Positions 61,101 to 64,000 of a DNA stretch of 64,000 bases are shown here, piece after piece. The first letter of the stretch is position 1. Each line of letters begins with the position of its first letter. The notes below the pieces were generated by a model that searched no databases, was not told the origin of the DNA, and saw only the letters and a list, made by a program, of their open reading frames with translations. Origin of the DNA: Tubiluchus corallicola (lineage: Eukaryota > Animalia > Priapulida); the NCBI GenBank assembly GCA_030141605.1, contig JAQGDQ010000135.1, positions 310,001-374,000 of the forward strand. Direction: 5' to 3'. Position numbers and translations under genes: made by a program.

Positions 61101-63255
61101 AATTTCTTTTGCTTTTACTAATGCTAAAATGACACTATAGCGGAGTTGTAGCTTCAAAACTAGTATAACTCGATCAAGTTCCCTTCCTACATCAGATCAT
61201 TATTGCTAGTTTGAGGAAATATTAGGCTAAACTCTTGAAAATCTGATTTGTGCGGAGTGTGATTGTTATAAAGTAGCATTTGCAGTAGCATTTTATATTA
61301 GTTTTTTATTAAAAAGGAAGAAAACGGAATTTTATATGTCCCAAAAACTTTCCACACAAGGCTATATTACTTAGTGTTGCACTTACCTGTTGGAAAGACT
61401 TATGTAATTTGAAAAGATAATTCTTAATAATTTAAAGAGTTTAGAAGAAAATTGATAAAATGTATCGCCATCCCGATGCATACCACTGGCTCACCAAAAA
61501 ATATATTATTGATCTTATTGACAATATAAAGCAATTTATTTTTTTGCTTAGCTACCAAAGAATGATTATTTTTTCAAACTCTATGCAAATTTACCAGAAT
61601 TTGACTGCATTAAAATGGCTTAACGGTCATTGCTGCAGTTTAAATTTATAAGTTTTATATAGTGTTACAGCTGACGCAAGCTCTCTATGCAATAAAACAG
61701 CGTTAAAGTGATACAAGATTTCAAAATGAATTTTTTTAACTTTATTTATGAACTATTTTCTTGTCAGCTAATACTGTTTTAACAACTGCAATGGCTGTGA
61801 CAGCAGCAGGCATTGGCGTGCACGGAGGAATGGGGTGACCTTACGAAAATAGAAATACTCTACCTGTATTCAACTTTTTAGATCCGTATCCAATATTAAC
61901 AGTCACACAACCAGCGTGACCACTACATGTAGTGGACTTTCCGTTACTCCTCTGGTCAAGGAAGACGCACGGAAGGTTTATTTGACACGGATTAATTTTT
62001 TAACGTAAACAGTACATATACTCTCATGCAATGGTTCGTTATGCTCCCTCATTCCATGCAAGCATTGCAAGTGATTGTATGTAATTTAAATAGGGGACAT
62101 AGTCATAAAAACATGAAAAGGATTAAAAGAGATCCAGGCCTCGTCGCACAAACTCAGTAATAATTCTTTTTCTTTAACAAGCCCTCATGATTCCGTGCTC
62201 CATCACTTATCAAATGTTTTACTTTCAGTAACATTTTTCTGATAATAGTTCCATGTTTTCCTTTTGCAGGATATTCTGGATCATCTATCATTACAGCTGG
62301 ACTGGCAATTCCGGTTATCTATTGTGGTTGACATTATTAATGTAAGACTGCTTGTGGCTGTATTTGTGTCTTCATATCTGTAATAAATTTACATTTTTGG
62401 ATCTCTTTAAACATTGCTAAGTTATTTTGTATGTGGTTTCAACACCTGGTCTCAGTTATGACGACATAACCGCAAACATAATGGATGAATAGCATAGTTC
62501 TCATAATGACCTGCACACGTTTTGCAGTAGTAAAACAACGTAAAATCTTTCGTTAACAAGTTTTCTATTAAGTTTTCGTGAATTGATTACATTGGATGGT
62601 TACAAAGATGAGCAGAATACTGCAGAGTGATTTCAAGAATGAAAAATGGATTGCAGATGCATTTCAAAATTAAAAAAACATAAAGGCATGTGTTTTGAAT
62701 TGTCGCGTGTGCCATACCAATTTCAAAAAAATGTACTTAAATGGATACTTGATGGGTTCTCGGTAGAATCCCATAGTTATTCACTAGAAGAAGACTTTAC
62801 ATATAATTTTGTTTGAAAAGCGCTGCGTTTTTTAATTTCATTTAAATAGGTTTCTACTTTGTTTGGAGACATATTGTTCAAATTATATATGTATGGCACG
62901 GCTGTGTTGCATTTAAATATCAACATCTTTTTGGTCACAGCGGCCTGCCTGCCTCAGTTGCCTTTTGCCTCATATTGTGCTATTTTACTAGATTTTTTTG
63001 TTATTCTAAAGATTTAAATCTTTTGTATAGGACAGTGACTATTCTTATTTTGCTTTAACACCCAACAGGGCATGAATTTTTTGCACAACTCAGAAATCCA
63101 TTCGCATGGTAGACTGAGTTCTTCAAAATGTCTCTGCGATAGTCGATTCGCCATTAAAATAACAGGCTTTGGACTGGAGTCCTTCCGTGACCCAGTCGGC
63201 AGCAATATAGACTGGAGCTTAGAAAAGCCAATGGACGACGTTGCTCAATTTGCAA
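29854..63255 (+). CDS. Natriuretic-peptide-receptor-like membrane guanylyl cyclase, 5' part (about 680 aa). Exons 29854-30526, 37559-37848, 38843-38978, 41221-41445, 43697-43781, 44336-44450, 47929-48003, 48171-48248, 60992-61096, 62270-62341, 63069-63255; continues beyond the right edge.
   Basis: Signal peptide; NPR-type ligand-binding domain ([55 protein letters not shown]); single TM; [10 protein letters not shown]; kinase-homology domain ([40 protein letters not shown]...HGRL). The cyclase domain is not in the window, so cyclase activity is inferred from family architecture. Confidence 0.93.
31095..31312. ncRNA. Cluster of Penelope-type minimal hammerhead ribozyme cores (two tandem on minus, one degenerate on plus)
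   Basis: Minus 31199-31176: CTGATGA-A-GTCC-acaa-GGAC-GAAA followed by GCTT; minus 31136-31112: CTGATGA-AGTCAGCGCAGGGC-GAAA; plus 31270-31294: TTGATGA-AGTTCGCGAAGGAC-AAAA. Confidence 0.6.
33605..33868 (+). mobile_element. Retroelement 3' end with AATAAA and (CATA)n tail, copy 1
   Basis: Homologous to the reverse complement of 54987-55410. Confidence 0.75.
35435..36300. repeat. Degenerate pentamer (CACCA/CACTA) satellite, split by a MITE
   Basis: Pentamer periodicity at 35435-35573 and 36165-36300. Confidence 0.7.
35574..36164. mobile_element. hAT-like MITE
   Basis: TIRs TACGGCCGGATTTA / TTAATCCGGCACTG; 8-bp TSD TTCTCCAC / TTCTTCAC (one mismatch). Confidence 0.7.
37559..37848 (+). CDS. Receptor GC exon 2
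   Basis: ttacag|(I)[28 protein letters not shown]...YGFNMYSEE|gtactt. Confidence 0.9.
38059..38500. repeat. Compound tetranucleotide microsatellite (CTAC)n/(CCAA)n/(CTGC)n
   Basis: Direct inspection. Confidence 0.95.
38712..38820. repeat. (GAT)n degenerate microsatellite immediately upstream of GC exon 3
   Basis: Direct inspection. Confidence 0.9.
38843..38978 (+). CDS. Receptor GC exon 3
   Basis: ttccag|[23 protein letters not shown]...RMWNRTFQ(G)|gtaact. Confidence 0.92.
39620..39800. mobile_element. Fragment of a TGTCYAAA-subrepeat foldback element related to 26686-27014
   Basis: Repeated (G)TGTCTAA / TATCCAAA / GCCCAAG units at about 15-bp spacing. Confidence 0.45.
40520..41130 (-). 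mobile_element. CR1-type LINE 3' fragment
   Basis: Minus translation [14 protein letters not shown]...[13 protein letters not shown]...[15 protein letters not shown], with stops. Confidence 0.75.
41221..41445 (+). CDS. Receptor GC exon 4
   Basis: tttaag|(G)[21 protein letters not shown]...[25 protein letters not shown]|gtaagc. Confidence 0.92.
43467..43657. mobile_element. PIF/Harbinger-type MITE
   Basis: About 25-bp TIRs AGTGGCGTTTA(C/T)GTAGCAT(C/G)CGGAT; flanked by TAA and TTA. Confidence 0.85.
43697..43781 (+). CDS. Receptor GC exon 5 (transmembrane)
   Basis: tttcag|(E)[27 protein letters not shown](R)|gtaaac. Confidence 0.88.
44336..44450 (+). CDS. Receptor GC exon 6 (juxtamembrane)
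   Basis: tttag|[38 protein letters not shown]|gtaagt. Confidence 0.9.
45700..46030 (-). mobile_element. LINE reverse transcriptase fragment
   Basis: [17 protein letters not shown]...KYTDDSTF (PQG and YxDD motifs). Confidence 0.85.
46750..47845. repeat. About 30-bp degenerate minisatellite (ACATGCTGCACCAACACCGTGCAATGCCAG-like) at 46750-46940 and 47677-47845; related tract at 44700-45010
   Basis: Recurrent TGCTGCACCAA...GCAATGCCA units. Confidence 0.7.
47150..47620 (-). mobile_element. CR1/Crack-type LINE 3' fragment inserted in the minisatellite
   Basis: Minus translation [16 protein letters not shown]...[20 protein letters not shown]. Confidence 0.75.
47929..48003 (+). CDS. Receptor GC exon 7
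   Basis: ctttag|[25 protein letters not shown]|gtaagc. Confidence 0.8.
48171..48248 (+). CDS. Receptor GC exon 8
   Basis: tttcag|[26 protein letters not shown]|gtaaga. Confidence 0.9.
51560..53000 (-). mobile_element. Highly decayed LINE-like sequence
   Basis: Broken short ORFs with LINE-like composition; weak motif evidence only. Confidence 0.3.
53411..53865. mobile_element. Non-autonomous DNA transposon (Kolobok-like, TTAA-flanked), copy 2
   Basis: Colinear with 2420-2837; TTAAAG...CTTTAA ends. Confidence 0.7.
54987..55410 (-). mobile_element. Retroelement 3' end with long (CATA)n tail, copy 2
   Basis: (TATG)n at 54987-55125 on the plus strand; body homologous to 33605-33868. Confidence 0.75.
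56250..56915 (+). mobile_element. Decayed Penelope-like element (GIY-YIG remnant)
   Basis: GVCEITC..LIGQST resembles the GIY...YIGQT motif, [10 protein letters not shown] resembles the PLE C-terminus, and a degenerate hammerhead-like CCAGAAGCCGTGTCGGCCGAAA follows near 56887-56908. Confidence 0.45.
57090..57570 (-). mobile_element. CR1-type LINE 3' fragment
   Basis: EYCSPIWGP...VEKVQ...[17 protein letters not shown]...MCYKII...[14 protein letters not shown]. Confidence 0.85.
57800..58693 (+). mobile_element. CR1/Crack(Daphne)-type LINE 3' end with (ATTTG)n tail
   Basis: [31 protein letters not shown]...[10 protein letters not shown]...YETLL...GPSYL...YGLNSFRY; AATAAA then (TTTGA)n. Confidence 0.88.
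59998..60945. mobile_element. Tc1/mariner-type non-autonomous element
   Basis: About 36-bp imperfect TIRs (CAGGGTGTTCAAAAAGAA... / ...TTCTTTTGAAACACCCTG) flanked by TA on both sides. Confidence 0.85.
60992..61096 (+). CDS. Receptor GC exon 9
   Basis: gtttag|[35 protein letters not shown]|gtaaaa. Confidence 0.93.
61310..61780 (+). mobile_element. Interspersed repeat family X, copy C
   Basis: Colinear with 23740-24515 (CTTACCTGTT.GAAAGACTTATGTAA, ATCGCCA...CACCAAAAA, GCAATAA.ACAGC). Confidence 0.7.
62270..62341 (+). CDS. Receptor GC exon 10
   Basis: ttgcag|[24 protein letters not shown]|gtaaga. Confidence 0.92.
63069..63255 (+). CDS. Receptor GC exon 11
   Basis: caacag|[40 protein letters not shown]...DVAQFA|gtaagt. 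Confidence 0.92.
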
Positions 63256-63499
63256 GTAAGTCTGAACGTAATGGGTTACCACGGCCGTCTGCTAAGCATG
63301 CATAGCCCGGTACAGACACTAATAGCTTAGATTTTATGTATTTGTGACGTTACTACTTCTAATTGCAAGTACTGCACCTATGGTCAAGAATCTGCTTGCC
63401 CATGTATATATAAGTCACATGGTTGGATAATGACAAGTTAAAATTGTCATACCAGGTGTTGACATATGACTTGAGGCAGATTCTAGGTACATGTAAGAT

Positions 63500-63891
63500 A
63501 AGACAAGGCAAGGCAAGACAATGCGAGGCAAAGCAAGGCAAGGTACGGCAAGGCAAGGCAAGGCAAGACAAGACAAGGCAAGGCAAGGCGAGACAATGCG
63601 AGGCAAGGCAAGGCAAGGCAAGGCAAGGCAAGGCAAGGCAAGGCAAGGCAAGGCAAGGCAAGGCAAGGCAAGGCAAGGCAAGGCAAGGCAAGGCAAGGCA
63701 AGGCAAGGCAAGGCAAGGCAAGGCAAAGAAAGGCATGGCAAGACAAGATAAAGGCAATGCAAGGCAAAGCAAGGTAAGACAGACAAGATAATGCAAAGAA
63801 AAGACAAGGCAAGACAGAGCAAGGTAAGGCAAGACAAGATAAAGGCAATACAAGGCAAGGCAAGGCAAGGCAAGGCAAGGCAAGACAAGAC
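63500..63891. repeat. (GGCAA)n pentanucleotide satellite
   Basis: Direct inspection; source of the LALPC and RQGKA pseudo-ORFs. Confidence 0.97.
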
Positions 63892-64000
63892 AAATTTAAT
63901 TTAATGTTCGATTATCTCCGTGAATAACTTGAGCAGTTGAAGCTCTTTATCGGCAATAGTGTTCACATGTGACTCCTATTTTGATTTCATTTTGCGTCGA

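Noticed and set aside
63359-63893. Long ORFs of LALPC / RQGKA repeats
   Set aside because: Translations of the (GGCAA)n satellite in several frames inside a GC intron; not genes.

Overview
AT-rich eukaryotic genomic DNA from an invertebrate animal; a lophotrochozoan origin is plausible but is inference only. Four protein-coding genes were reconstructed by hand from GT-AG splice sites and reading-frame continuity. (1) The 5' part of a sea-urchin-ARS-like arylsulfatase on the minus strand (4 coding exons, running off the left edge). (2) A single-exon Fer3/FERD3L (Nato3) bHLH factor on the plus strand. (3) A complete 8-coding-exon cathepsin B on the minus strand (331 aa, occluding loop intact). 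(4) The first 11 exons (about 680 aa) of a natriuretic-peptide-receptor-like membrane guanylyl cyclase on the plus strand, covering the extracellular domain, TM segment and part of the kinase-homology domain and running off the right edge. Introns and intergenic DNA are full of decayed LINEs (CR1/Crack/RTE types), a probable Penelope remnant, SINEs (including a 5S-derived family), MITEs (hAT-, Tc1-, Harbinger- and Kolobok-like) and microsatellites; these explain most short ORFs in the track. I found no CRISPR array or prokaryote-type system and cannot claim a new biological system. The best leads are a cluster of Penelope-type hammerhead ribozyme cores in GC intron 1, a candidate CRE-associated internal first exon that would give a cytosolic GC isoform, unusual kinase-homology motif substitutions, a recursive-splice-site-like exon junction, and a dense ACAGGTR motif cluster upstream of Fer3.
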